Positions 12,301 through 25,700 of a DNA stretch of 64,000 bases are shown here, one piece after another. Position 1 is the first letter of the stretch, and every line of letters starts with the position of its first letter. Both the position numbers and the translations under genes were made by a program. The notes under the pieces are model-generated. The model did no database searches. It saw nothing but the letters and a program-made list of their open reading frames with translations, and was not told the DNA's origin. The DNA comes from the human T2T-CHM13v2.0 reference genome, Homo sapiens, in the NCBI RefSeq assembly GCF_009914755.1, contig NC_060931.1. One strand, given 5' to 3'.

Positions 12301-15300
12301 CCTCTTTGAGGCCTTCGTTGCAAACGGGGTTTCTTCCTTTAATGCTAGACTAAGAAGAGTTCTCAGTAACTTTTTTGTGTTGTGTTTATTCAACTCACAG
12401 AGTTGAACCTTGCTTTAGAGAGAGCAGATTTGAAACACTCTCGCTGTGGCATTTTCAGGTGGAGATTTCAAACGATTTGAGGACAATTGCAGAAAAGGAA
12501 ATATCTTCGTATAATAACCAGACAGAATCATTCTCAGAAAGTGCTTTGTGATGTGTGCGTTCAACTCACAGAGTTTAACCTTTCTTTTCATAGAGGAGTT
12601 TGGAAACACACTGTTTGTAAAGTCTGCAATTGGATATATGGACCTGTTTGAGGCCTTCGTTGGAAACGGGATTTCTTCATTGAATGCTAGACGGAAGGAT
12701 TCTCAGTAAATTCTTTGTGTTGTGTGCATTGAACTCACAGAGTGGAACGTCCCTTTAGACAGAGCAGATTTGAAACACTCTTTTTGCGGAATTTGCAAGT
12801 GGAGATTTCTAGCCATTTGATGCCAACAGTAGAAAGGGAAATATCTTCAAATAAAAACCAGACAGAATCATTCTCAGAAAATTCTTTGTGATGTGTGCGT
12901 TCAACTCACATAGTTTAACCTTTCTTTTCATAGAGCAGTTTGGAAACACTCTGTTTGTAAAGTCTGCAAGTGGATATATGGACCGCATTGAGGCCTTCGT
13001 TGGAAACGGGATTTCTTCATTTCATACTAGACAGAAGAATTCTCAGTAACTTCTTTCTGCTGTGTGTATTCAACTCACAGAGTGGAACGTCCCTTTGCAC
13101 AGAGCAGATTTGAAACACTCTTTTTGTGGAGTTTGCAAGTGGAGATTTCAAGCGATTTTATGCCAACAGTAGAAAAGGAAATATCTTCAAATAAAAACTA
13201 GACAGAATCATTCTCAGAAACTACTTTGTGATGTGTGCCTTTAACTCACAGAGTTTAACCTTTCTTTTCTTAGAGCAGTTTAGAAACACTCTGCTTGTTA
13301 TGTCTGCAAGTGGATATTTGGACCTCTTTGAGGCCTTCGTTGCAAACGGGGTTTCTTCCTTTAATGCTAGACTAAGAAGAGTTCTCAGTAACTTTTTGGT
13401 GTTGTGTGTATTCAACTCACAGAGTTGAACCTTGCTTTAGAGAGAGCAGATTTGAAACACTCTTGCTGTGGCATTTTCAGGTGGAGATTTCAAGCGATTT
13501 GAGAACAATTGCAGAAAAGGAAATATCTTCGTATAATAACCAGACAGAGTCATTCTCGGAAAGTGCTTTGTGATGTGTGCGTTCAACTCACAGAGTTTAA
13601 CCTTTCTTTTCATAGAGGAGTTTGGAAACACACTGTTTGTAAAGTCTGCAATTGGATATATGGACCTGTTTGAGGTCTCCGTTGGAAACGGGATTTCTTC
13701 ATTGAATGCTAGACGGAAGAATTCTCAGTAAATTCTTTGTGTTGTGTGCATTCAACTCACAGAGTGGAACGTCCCTTTAGACAGAGCAGATTTGAAACAC
13801 TCTTTTTGCGGAATTTGCAAGTGGAGATTTCTAGCCATTTGATGCCAACAGTAGAAAGGGAAATATCTTCAAATAAAAACCAGACAGAATCATTCTCAGA
13901 AAATTCTTTGTGATGTGTGCGTTCAACTCACATAGTTTAACCTTTCTTTTCATAGAGCAGTTTGGAAACACTCTGTTTGTAAAGTCTGCAAGTGGATATA
14001 TGGACCGCATTGAGGCCTTCGTTGGAAACGGGATTTCTTCATTTCATGCTAGACAGAAGAATTCTCAGTAACTTCTTTGTGCTGTGTGTATTCAACTCAC
14101 AGAGTGGAACGTCCCTTTGCACAGAGCAGATTTGAAACACTCTTTTTGTGGAGTTTGCAAGTGGAGATTTCAAGCGATTTGATGCCAACAGTAGAAAAGG
14201 AAGTATCTTCAAATAAAAACTAGACAGAATCATTCTCAGAAACTACTTTGTGATGTGTGCCTTCAACTCACCGAGTTTAACCTTTCTTTTCTGAGAGCAG
14301 CTTAGAAACACTCTGCTTGTTATGTCTGCAAGTTGATATTTGGACCTCTTTGAGGCCTTCGTTGCAAACGGGGTTTCTTCCTTTAATGCTAGACTAAGAA
14401 GAGTTCTCAGTAACTTTTTTGTGTTGTGTGTATTCAACTCACAGAGTTGAACCTTGCTTTAGAGAGAGCAGATTTGAAACACTCTTGCTGTGGCATTTTC
14501 AGGTGGAGATTTCAAGCGATTTGAGGACAATTGCAGAAAAGGAAATATCTTCGTATAATAACCAGACAGAATCATTCTCAGAAAGTGCTTTGTGATGTGT
14601 GCGTTCAACTCACAGAGTTTAACCTTTCTTTTCATAGAGGAGTTTGGAAACACACTGTTTGTAATGTCTGCAATTGGATATATGGACCTGTTTGAGGCCT
14701 TCGTTGGAAACGGGATTTCTTCATTGAATGCTAGACGGAAGAATTCTCAGTAAATTCTTTGTGTTGTGTGCATTCAACTCACAGAGTGGAACGTCCCTTT
14801 AGACAGAGCAGATTTGAAACACTTTTTGGCGGAATTTGCAAGTGGAGATTTCTAGCCATTTGATGCCAACAGTAGAAAGGGAAATATCTTCAAATAAAAA
14901 CCAGACAGAATCATTCTCAGAAAATTCTTTGTGATGTGTGCGTTCAACTCACATAGTTTAACCTTTCTTTTCATAGAGCAGTTTGGAAACACTCTGTTTG
15001 TAAAGTCTGCAAGTGGATATATGGACCGCATTGAGGCCTTCGTTGGAAACGGGATTTCTTCATTTCATGCTAGACAGAAGAATTCTCAGTAACTTCTTTG
15101 TGCTGTGTGTATTCAACTCACAGAGTGGAACGTCCCTTTACACAGAGCAGATTTGAAACACTCTTTTTGTGGAGTTTGCAAGTGGAGATTTCAAGCGATT
15201 TGATGCCAACAGTAGAAAAGGAAATATCTTCAAATAAAAACTAGACAGAATCATTCTCAGAAACTACTTTGTGATGTGTGCCTTCAACTCACAGAGTTTA

Positions 15301-16501
15301 ACCTTTCTTTTCTTAGAGCAGTTTAGAAACACTCTGCTTGTTATGTCTGCAAGTGGATATTTGGACCTCTTTGAGGCCTTCGTTGCAAACGGGGTTTCTT
15401 CCTTTAATGCTAGACTAAGAAGAGTTCTCAGTAACTTTTTTGTGTTGTGTGTATTCAACTCACAGAGTTGAACCTTGCTTTAGAGAGAGCAGATTTGAAA
15501 CACTCTCGCTGTGGAATTTTCAGGTGGAGATTTCAAGCGATTTGAGGACAATTGCAGAAAAGGAAATATCTTCGTATAATAACCAGACAGAATCATTCTC
15601 AGAAAGTGCTTTGTGATGTGTGCGTTCAACTCACAGAGTTTAACCTTTCTTTTCATAGAGGAGTTTGGAAACACACTGTTTGTAAAGTCTGCAATTGGAT
15701 ATATGGACCTGTTTGAGGCCTTCGTAGGAAACGGGATTTCTTCATTGAATGCTAGACGGAAGGATTCTCAGTAAATTCTTTGTGTTGTGTGCATTCAACT
15801 CACAGAGTGGAACGTCCCTTTAGACAGAGCAGATTTGAAACACTCTTTTTGCGGAATTTGCAAGTGGAGATTTCTAGCCATTTGATGCCAACAGTAGAAA
15901 GGGAAATATCTTCAAATAAAAACCAGACAGAATCATTCTCAGAAAATTCTTTGTGATGTGTGCGTTCAACTCACATAGTTTAACCTTTCTTTTCATAGAG
16001 CAGTTTGGAAACACTCTGTTTGTAAAGTCTGCAAGTGGATATATGGACCGCATTGAGGCCTTCGTTGGAAACGGGATTTCTTCATTTCATACTAGACAGA
16101 AGAATTCTCAGTAACTTCTTTGTGCTGTGTGTATTCAACTCACAGAGTGGAACGTCCCTTTGCACAGAGCAGATTTGAAACACTCTTTTTGTGGAGTTTG
16201 CAAGTGGAGATTTCAAGCGATTTGATGCCAACAGTAGAAAAGGAAATATCTTCAAATAAAAACTAGACAGAATCATTCTCAGAAACTACTTTGTGATGTG
16301 TGCCTTTAACTCACAGAGTTTAACCTTTCTTTTCTTAGAGCAGTTTAGAAACACTCTGCTTGTTATGTCTGCAAGTGGATATTTGGACCTCTTTGAGGCC
16401 TTCGTTGCAAACGGGGTTTCTTCCTTTAATGCTAGACTAAGAAGAGTTCTCAGTAACTTTTTTGTGTTGTGTGTATTCAACTCACAGAGTTGAACCTTGC
16501 T

Positions 16502-17183
16502 TTAGAGAGAGCAGATTTGAAACACTCTTGCTGTGGCATTTTCAGGTGGAGATTTCAAGCGATTTGAGGACAATTGCAGAAAAGGAAATATCTTCGTATA
16601 ATAACCAGACAGAATCATTCTCAGAAAGTGCTTTGTGATGTGTGCGTTCAACTCACAGAGTTTAACCTTTCTTTTCATAGAGGAGTTTGGAAACACACTG
16701 TTTGTAAAGTCTGCAATTGGATATATGGACCTGTTTGAGGCCTCCGTTGGAAACGGGATTTCTTCATTGAATGCTAGACGGAAGAATTCTCAGTAAATTC
16801 TTTGTGTTGTGTGCATTCAACTCACAGAGTGGAACGTCCCTTTAGACAGAGCAGATTTGAAACACTCTTTTTGCGGAATTTGCAAGTGGAGATTTCTAGC
16901 CATTTGATGCCAACAGTAGAAAGGGAAATATCTTCAAATAAAAACCAGACAGAATCATTCTCAGAAAATTCTTTGTGATGTGTGCCTTCAACTCACAGAG
17001 TTTAACCTTTCTTTTCTTAGAGCAGTTTAGAAACACTCTGCTTGTTATGTCTGCAAGTGGATATTTGGACCTCTTTGAGGCCTTCGTTGCAAACGGGGTT
17101 TTTTCCTTTAATGCTAGACTAAGAAGAGTTCTCAGTAACTTTTTTGTGTTGTGTGTATTCAACTCACAGAGTTGAACCTTGCT
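16502..17183 (+). repeat. 4-mer (682 bp) HOR deletion variant, type A (box-3 dimer lost)
   Basis: Marker spacing is 682. Hybrid monomer AAAATT-CTTTGTGATGTGTGC-CTTCAACTCACAGAG with junction in 16971-16985. Confidence 0.95.
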
Positions 17184-20100
17184 TTAGAGAGAGCAGATTT
17201 GAAACACTCTTGCTGTGGCATTTTCAGGTGGAGATTTCAAGCGATTTGAGGACAATTGCAGAAAAGGAAATATCTTCGTATAATAACCAGACAGAATCAT
17301 TCTCAAAAAGTGCTTTGTGATGTGTGCGTTCAACTCACAGAGTTTAACCTTTCTTTTCATAGAGGAGTTTGGAAACACACTGTTTGTAAAGTCTGCAATT
17401 GGATATATGGACCTGTTTGAGGCCTTCGTTGGAAACGGGATTTCTTCATTGAATGCTAGACGGAAGAATTCTCAGTAAATTCTTTGTGTTGTGTGCATTC
17501 AACTCACAGAGTGGAACGTCCCTTTAGACAGAGCAGATTTGAAACACTCTTTTTGCGGAATTTGCAAGTGGAGATTTCTAGCCATTTGATGCCAACAGTA
17601 GAAAGGGAAATATCTTCAAATAAAAACCAGACAGAATCATTCTCAGAAAATTCTTTGTGATGTGTGCGTTCAACTCACATAGTTTAACCTTTCTTTTCAT
17701 AGAGCAGTTTGGAAACACTCTGTTTGTAAAGTCTGCAAGTGGATATATGGACCGCATTGAGGCCTTCGTTGGAAACGGGATTTCTTCATTTCATGCTAGA
17801 CAGAAGAATTCTCAGTAACTTCTTTGTGCTGTGTGTATTCAACTCACAGAGTGGAACGTCCCTTTGCACAGAGCAGATTTGAAACACTCTTTTTGTGGAG
17901 TTTGCAAGTGGAGATTTCAAGCGATTTGATGCCAACAGTAGAAAAGGAAGTATCTTCAAATAAAAACTAGACAGAATCATTCTCAGAAACTACTTTGTGA
18001 TGTGTGCCTTCAACTCACCGAGTTTAACCTTTCTTTTCTGAGAGCAGCTTAGAAACACTCTGCTTGTTATGTCTGCAAGTTGATATTTGGACCTCTTTGA
18101 GGCCTTCGTTGCAAACGGGGTTTCTTCCTTTAATGCTAGACTAAGAAGAGTTCTCAGTAACTTTTTTGTGTTGTGTGTATTCAACTCACAGAGTTGAACC
18201 TTGCTTTAGAGAGAGCAGATTTGAAACACTCTTGCTGTGGCATTTTCAGGTGGAGATTTCAAGCGATTTGAGGACAATTGCAGAAAAGGAAATATCTTCG
18301 TATAATAACCAGACAGAATCATTCTCAGAAAGTGCTTTGTGATGTGTGCGTTCAACTCACAGAGTTTAACCTTTCTTTTCATAGAGGAGTTTGGAAACAC
18401 ACTGTTTGTAATGTCTGCAATTGGATATATGGACCTGTTTGAGGCCTTCGTTGGAAACGGGATTTCTTCATTGAATGCTAGACGGAAGAATTCTCAGTAA
18501 ATTCTTTGTGTTGTGTGCATTCAACTCACAGAGTGGAACGTCCCTTTAGACAGAGCAGATTTGAAACACTTTTTGGCGGAATTTGCAAGTGGAGATTTCT
18601 AGCCATTTGATGCCAACAGTAGAAAGGGAAATATCTTCAAATAAAAACCAGACAGAATCATTCTCAGAAAATTCTTTGTGATGTGTGCGTTCAACTCACA
18701 TAGTTTAACCTTTCTTTTCATAGAGCAGTTTGGAAACACTCTGTTTGTAAAGTCTGCAAGTGGATATATGGACCGCATTGAGGCCTTCGTTGGAAACGGG
18801 ATTTCTTCATTTCATGCTAGACAGAAGAATTCTCAGTAACTTCTTTGTGCTGTGTGTATTCAACTCACAGAGTGGAACGTCCCTTTACACAGAGCAGATT
18901 TGAAACACTCTTTTTGTGGAGTTTGCAAGTGGAGATTTCAAGCGATTTGATGCCAACAGTAGAAAAGGAAATATCTTCAAATAAAAACTAGACAGAATCA
19001 TTCTCAGAAACTACTTTGTGATGTGTGCCTTCAACTCACAGAGTTTAACCTTTCTTTTCTTAGAGCAGTTTAGAAACACTCTGCTTGTTATGTCTGCAAG
19101 TGGATATTTGGACCTCTTTGAGGCCTTCGTTGCAAACGGGGTTTCTTCCTTTAATGCTAGACTAAGAAGAGTTCTCAGTAACTTTTTTGTGTTGTGTGTA
19201 TTCAACTCACAGAGTTGAACCTTGCTTTAGAGAGAGCAGATTTGAAACACTCTCGCTGTGGAATTTTCAGGTGGAGATTTCAAGCGATTTGAGGACAATT
19301 GCAGAAAAGGAAATATCTTCGTATAATAACCAGACAGAATCATTCTCAGAAAGTGCTTTGTGATGTGTGCGTTCAACTCACAGAGTTTAACCTTTCTTTT
19401 CATAGAGGAGTTTGGAAACACACTGTTTGTAAAGTCTGCAATTGGATATATGGACCTGTTTGAGGCCTTCGTAGGAAACGGGATTTCTTCATTGAATGCT
19501 AGACGGAAGGATTCTCAGTAAATTCTTTGTGTTGTGTGCATTCAACTCACAGAGTGGAACGTCCCTTTAGACAGAGCAGATTTGAAACACTCTTTTTGCG
19601 GAATTTGCAAGTGGAGATTTCTAGCCATTTGATGCCAACAGTAGAAAGGGAAATATCTTCAAATAAAAACCAGACAGAATCATTCTCAGAAAATTCTTTG
19701 TGATGTGTGCGTTCAACTCACATAGTTTAACCTTTCTTTTCATAGAGCAGTTTGGAAACACTCTGTTTGTAAAGTCTGCAAGTGGATATATGGACCGCAT
19801 TGAGGCCTTCGTTGGAAACGGGATTTCTTCATTTCATACTAGACAGAAGAATTCTCAGTAACTTCTTTGTGCTGTGTGTATTCAACTCACAGAGTGGAAC
19901 GTCCCTTTGCACAGAGCAGATTTGAAACACTCTTTTTGTGGAGTTTGCAAGTGGAGATTTCAAGCGATTTGATGCCAACAGTAGAAAAGGAAATATCTTC
20001 AAATAAAAACTAGACAGAATCATTCTCAGAAACTACTTTGTGATGTGTGCCTTTAACTCACAGAGTTTAACCTTTCTTTTCTTAGAGCAGTTTAGAAACA

Positions 20101-21270
20101 CTCTGCTTGTTATGTCTGCAAGTGGATATTTGGACCTCTTTGAGGCCTTCGTTGCAAACGGGGTTTCTTCCTTTAATGCTAGACTAAGAAGAGTTCTCAG
20201 TAACTTTTTTGTGTTGTGTGTATTCAACTCACAGAGTTGAACCTTGCTTTAGAGAGAGCAGATTTGAAACACTCTTGCTGTGGCATTTTCAGGTGGAGAT
20301 TTCAAGCGATTTGAGGACAATTGCAGAAAAGGAAATATCTTCGTATAATAACCAGACAGAATCATTCTCAGAAAGTGCTTTGTGATGTGTGCGTTCAACT
20401 CACAGAGTTTAACCTTTCTTTTCATAGAGGAGTTTGGAAACACACTGTTTGTAAAGTCTGCAATTGGATATATGGACCTGTTTGAGGCCTCCGTTGGAAA
20501 CGGGATTTCTTCATTGAATGCTAGACGGAAGAATTCTCAGTAAATTCTTTGTGTTGTGTGCATTCAACTCACAGAGTGGAACGTCCCTTTAGACAGAGCA
20601 GATTTGAAACACTCTTTTTGCGGAATTTGCAAGTGGAGATTTCTAGCCATTTGATGCCAACAGTAGAAAGGGAAATATCTTCAAATAAAAACCAGACAGA
20701 ATCATTCTCAGAAAATTCTTTGTGATGTGTGCGTTCAACTCACATAGTTTAACCTTTCTTTTCATAGAGCAGTTTGGAAACACTCTGTTTGTAATGTCTG
20801 CAAGTGGATATATGGACCGCATTGAGGCCTTCGTTGGAAACGGGATTTCTTCATTTCATGCTAGACAGAAGAATTCTCAGTAACTTCTTTGTGCTGTGTG
20901 TATTCAACTCACAGAGTGGAACGTCCCTTTGCACAGAGCAGATTTGAAACACTCTTTTTGTGGAGTTTGCAAGTGGAGATTTCAAGCGATTTGATGCCAA
21001 CAGTAGAAAAGGAAATATCTTCAAATAAAAACTAGACAGAATCATTCTCAGAAACTACTTTGTGATGTGTGCCTTCAACTCACAGAGTTTAACCTTTCTT
21101 TTCTTAGAGCAGTTTAGAAACACTCTGCTTGTTATGTCTGCAAGTGGATATTTGGACCTCTTTGAGGCCTTCGTTGCAAACGGGGTTTCTTCCTTTCATG
21201 CTAGACTAAGAAGAGTTCTCAGTAACTTTTTTGTGTTGTGTGTATTCAACTCACAGAGTTGAACCTTGCT

Positions 21271-21952
21271 TTAGAGAGAGCAGATTTGAAACACTCTTGC
21301 TGTGGCATTTTCAGGTGGAGATTTCAAGCGATTTGAGGACAATTGCAGAAAAGGAAATATCTTCGTATAATAACCAGACAGAATCATTCTCAGAAAGTGC
21401 TTTGTGATGTGTGCGTTCAACTCACAGAGTTTAACCTTTCTTTTCATAGAGGAGTTTGGAAACACACTGTTTGTAAAGTCTGCAATTGGATATATGGACC
21501 TGTTTGAGGCCTTCGTTGGAAACGGGATTTCTTCATTGAATGCTAGACGGAAGAATTCTCAGTAAATTCTTTGTGTTGTGTGCATTCAACTCACAGAGTG
21601 GAACGTCCCTTTAGACAGAGCAGATTTGAAACACTCTTTTTGCGGAATTTGCAAGTGGAGATTTCTAGCCATTTGATGCCAACAGTAGAAAGGGAAATAT
21701 CTTCAAATAAAAACCAGACAGAATCATTCTCAGAAAATTCTTTGTGATGTGTGCCTTCAACTCACAGAGTTTAACCTTTCTTTTCTTAGAGCAGTTTAGA
21801 AACACTCTGCTTGTTATGTCTGCAAGTGGATATTTGGACCTCTTTGAGGCCTTCGTTGCAAACGGGGTTTTTTCCTTTAATGCTAGACTAAGAAGAGCTC
21901 TCAGTAACTTTTTTGTGTTGTGTGTATTCAACTCACAGAGTTGAACCTTGCT
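21271..21952 (+). repeat. 4-mer HOR variant, type A
   Basis: Spacing 682; same junction at 21740-21754. Confidence 0.95.
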
Positions 21953-24900
21953 TTAGAGAGAGCAGATTTGAAACACTCTTGCTGTGGCATTTTCAGGTGG
22001 AGATTTCAAGCGATTTGAGGACAATTGCAGAAAAGGAAATATCTTCGTATAATAACCAGACAGAATCATTCTCAAAAAGTGCTTTGTGATGTGTGCGTTC
22101 AACTCACAGAGTTTAACCTTTCTTTTCATAGAGGAGTTTGGAAACACACTGTTTGTAAAGTCTGCAATTGGATATATGGACCTGTTTGAGGCCTTCGTTG
22201 GAAACGGGATTTCTTCATTGAATGCTAGACGGAAGAATTCTCAGTAAATTCTTTGTGTTGTGTGCATTCAACTCACAGAGTGGAACGTCCCTTTAGACAG
22301 AGCAGATTTGAAACACTCTTTTTGCGGAATTTGCAAGTGGAGATTTCTAGCCATTTGATGCCAACAGTAGAAAGGGAAATATCTTCAAATAAAAACCAGA
22401 CAGAATCATTCTCAGAAAATTCTTTGTGATGTGTGCGTTCAACTCACATACTTTAACCTTTCTTTTCATAGAGCAGTTTGGAAACACTCTGTTTGTAAAG
22501 TCTGCAAGTGGATATATGGACCGCATTGAGGCCTTCGTTGGAAACGGGATTTCTTCATTTCATGCTAGACAGAAGAATTCTCAGTAACTTCTTTGTGCTG
22601 TGTGTATTCAACTCACAGAGTGGAACGTCCCTTTGCACAGAGCAGATTTGAAACACTCTTTTTGTGGAGTTTGCAAGTGGAGATTTCAAGCGATTTGATG
22701 CCAACAGTAGAAAAGGAAATATCTTCAAATAAAAACTAGACAGAATCATTCTCAGAAACTACTTTGTGATGTGTGCCTTCAACTCACAGAGTTTAACCTT
22801 TCTTTTCTTAGAGCAGTTTAGAAACACTCTGCTTGTTATGTCTGCAAGTGGATATTTGGACCTCTTTGAGGCCTTCGTTGCAAACGGGGTTTCTTCCTTT
22901 CATGCTAGACTAAGAAGAGTTCTCAGTAACTTTTTTGTGTTGTGTGTATTCAACTCACAGAGTTGAACCTTGCTTTAGAGAGAGCAGATTTGAAACACTC
23001 TTGCTGTGGCATTTTCAGGTGGAGATTTCAAGCGATTTGAGGACAATTGCAGAAAAGGAAATATCTTCGTATAATAACCAGACAGAATCATTCTCAGAAA
23101 GTGCTTTGTGATGTGTGCGTTCAACTCACAGAGTTTAACCTTTCTTTTCATAGAGGAGTTTGGAAACACACTGTTTTTAAAGTCTGCAATTGGATATATG
23201 GACCTGTTTGAGGCCTTCGTTGGAAACGGGATTTCTTCATTGAATGCTAGACGGAAGAATTCTCAGTAAATTCTTTGTGTTGTGTGCATTCAACTCACAG
23301 AGTGGAACGTCCCTTTAGACAGAGCAGATTTGAAACACTCTTTTTGCGGAATTTGCAAGTGGAGATTTCTAGCCATTTGATGCCAACAGTAGAAAGGGAA
23401 ATATCTTCAAATAAAAACCAGACAGAATCATTCTCAGAAAATTCTTTGTGATGTGTGCGTTCAACTCACATAGTTTAACCTTTCTTTTCATAGAGCAGTT
23501 TGGAAACACTCTGTTTGTAAAGTCTGCAAGTGGATATATGGACCGCATTGAGGCCTTCGTTGGAAACGGGATTTCTTCATTTCATGCTAGACAGAAGAAT
23601 TCTCAGTAACTTCTTTGTGCTGTGTGTATTCAACTCACAGAGTGGAACGTCCCTTTACACAGAGCAGATTTGAAACACTCTTTTTGTGGAGTTTGCAAGT
23701 GGAGATTTCAAGCGATTTGATGCCAACAGTAGAAAAGGAAATATCTTCAAATAAAAACTAGACAGAATCATTCTCAGAAACTACTTTGTGATGTGTGCCT
23801 TCAACTCACAGAGTTTAACCTTTCTTTTCTTAGAGCAGTTTAGAAACACTCTGCTTGTTATGTCTGCAAGTGGATATTTGGACCTCTTTGAGGCCTTCGT
23901 TGCAAACGGGGTTTCTTCCTTTAATGCTAGACTAAGAAGAGTTCTCAGTAACTTTTTTGTGTTGTGTGTATTCAACTCACAGAGTTGAACCTTGCTTTAG
24001 AGAGAGCAGATTTGAAACACTCTCGCTGTGGAATTTTCAGGTGGAGATTTCAAGCGATTTGAGGACAATTGCAGAAAAGGAAATATCTTCGTATAATAAC
24101 CAGACAGAATCATTCTCAGAAAGTGCTTTGTGATGTGTGCGTTCAACTCACAGAGTTTAACCTTTCTTTTCATAGAGGAGTTTGGAAACACACTGTTTGT
24201 AAAGTCTGCAATTGGATATATGGACCTGTTTGAGGCCTTCGTTGGAAACGGGATTTCTTCATTGAATGCTAGACGGAAGAATTCTCAGTAAATTCTTTGT
24301 GTTGTGTGCATTCAACTCACAGAGTGGAACGTCCCTTTAGACAGAGCAGATTTGAAACACTCTTTTTGCGGAATTTGCAAGTGGAGATTTCTAGCCATTT
24401 GATGCCAACAGTAGAAAGGGAAATATCTTCAAATAAAAACCAGACAGAATCATTCTCAGAAAATTCTTTGTGATGTGTACTTTCAACTCACATAGTTTAA
24501 CCTTTCTTTTCATAGAGCAGTTTGGAAACACTCTGTTTGTAAAGTCTGCAAGTGGATATATGGACCGCATTGAGGCCTTCGTTGGAAACGGGATTTCTTC
24601 ATTTCATGCTAGACAGAAGAATTCTCAGTAACTTCTTTGTGCTGTGTGTATTCAACTCACAGAGTGGAACGTCCCTTTGCACAGAGCAGATTTGAAACAC
24701 TCTTTTTGTGGAGTTTGCAAGTGGAGATTTCAAGCGATTTGATGCCAACAGTAGAAAAGGAAATATCTTCAAATAAAAAATAGACAGAATCATTCTCAGA
24801 AACTACTTTGTGATGTGTGCCTTTAACTCACAGAGTTTAACCTTTCTTTTCTTAGAGCAGTTTAGAAACACTCTGCTTGTTATGTCTGCAAGTGGATATT

Positions 24901-25018
24901 TGGACCTCTTTGAGGCCTTCGTTGCAAACGGGGTTTCTTCCTTTCATGCTAGACTAAGAAGAGTTCTCAGCAACTTTTTTGTGTTGTGTGTATTCAACTC
25001 ACAGAGTTGAACCTTGCT

Positions 25019-25700
25019 TTAGAGAGAGCAGATTTGAAACACTCTCGCTGTGGAATTTTCAGGTGGAGATTTCAAGCGATTTGAGGACAATTGCAGAAAA
25101 GGAAATATCTTCGTATAATAACCAGACAGAATCATTCTCAGAAAGTGCTTTGTGATGTGTGCGTTCAACTCACAGAGTTTAACCTTTCTTTTCATAGAGG
25201 AGTTTGGAAACACACTGTTTGTAAAGTCTGCAATTGGATATATGGACCTGTTTGAGGCCTTCGTTGGAAACGGGATTTCTTCATTGAATGCTAGACGGAA
25301 GAATTCTCAGTAAATTCTTTGTGTTGTGTGCATTCAACTCACAGAGTGGAACGTCCCTTTAGACAGAGCAGATTTGAAACACTCTTTTTGCGGAATTTGC
25401 AAGTGGAGATTTCTAGCCATTTGATGCCAACAGTAGAAAGGGAAATATCTTCAAATAAAAACCAGACAGAATCATTCTCAGAAAATTCTTTGTGATGTGT
25501 GCCTTCAACTCACAGAGTTTAACCTTTCTTTTCTTAGAGCAGTTTAGAAACACTCTGCTTGTTATGTCTGCAAGTGGATATTTGGACCTCTTTGAGGCCT
25601 TCGTTGCAAACGGGGTTTTTTCCTTTAATGCTAGACTAAGAAGAGTTCTCATTAACTTTTTTGTGTTGTGTGTATTCAACTCACAGAGTTGAACCTTGCT
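25019..25700 (+). repeat. 4-mer HOR variant, type A
   Basis: Spacing 682; junction 25488-25502. Confidence 0.95.

Noticed and set aside
15720-15736. Box 2 variant CTTCGTAGGAAACGGGA (also at 19467)
   Set aside because: The change is at a non-core position, so it was not counted as a disrupted CENP-B box.
16896-17162. Longer 88-aa minus-strand ORF (7 copies) and 77-aa ORFs at 52611 and 53293
   Set aside because: By-products of the 4-mer junctions or local SNVs; useful only as markers.
21895-21900. Singleton GAGCTC (SacI site) and other isolated SNVs
   Set aside because: Ordinary point variation with no structural meaning beyond use as mapping anchors.
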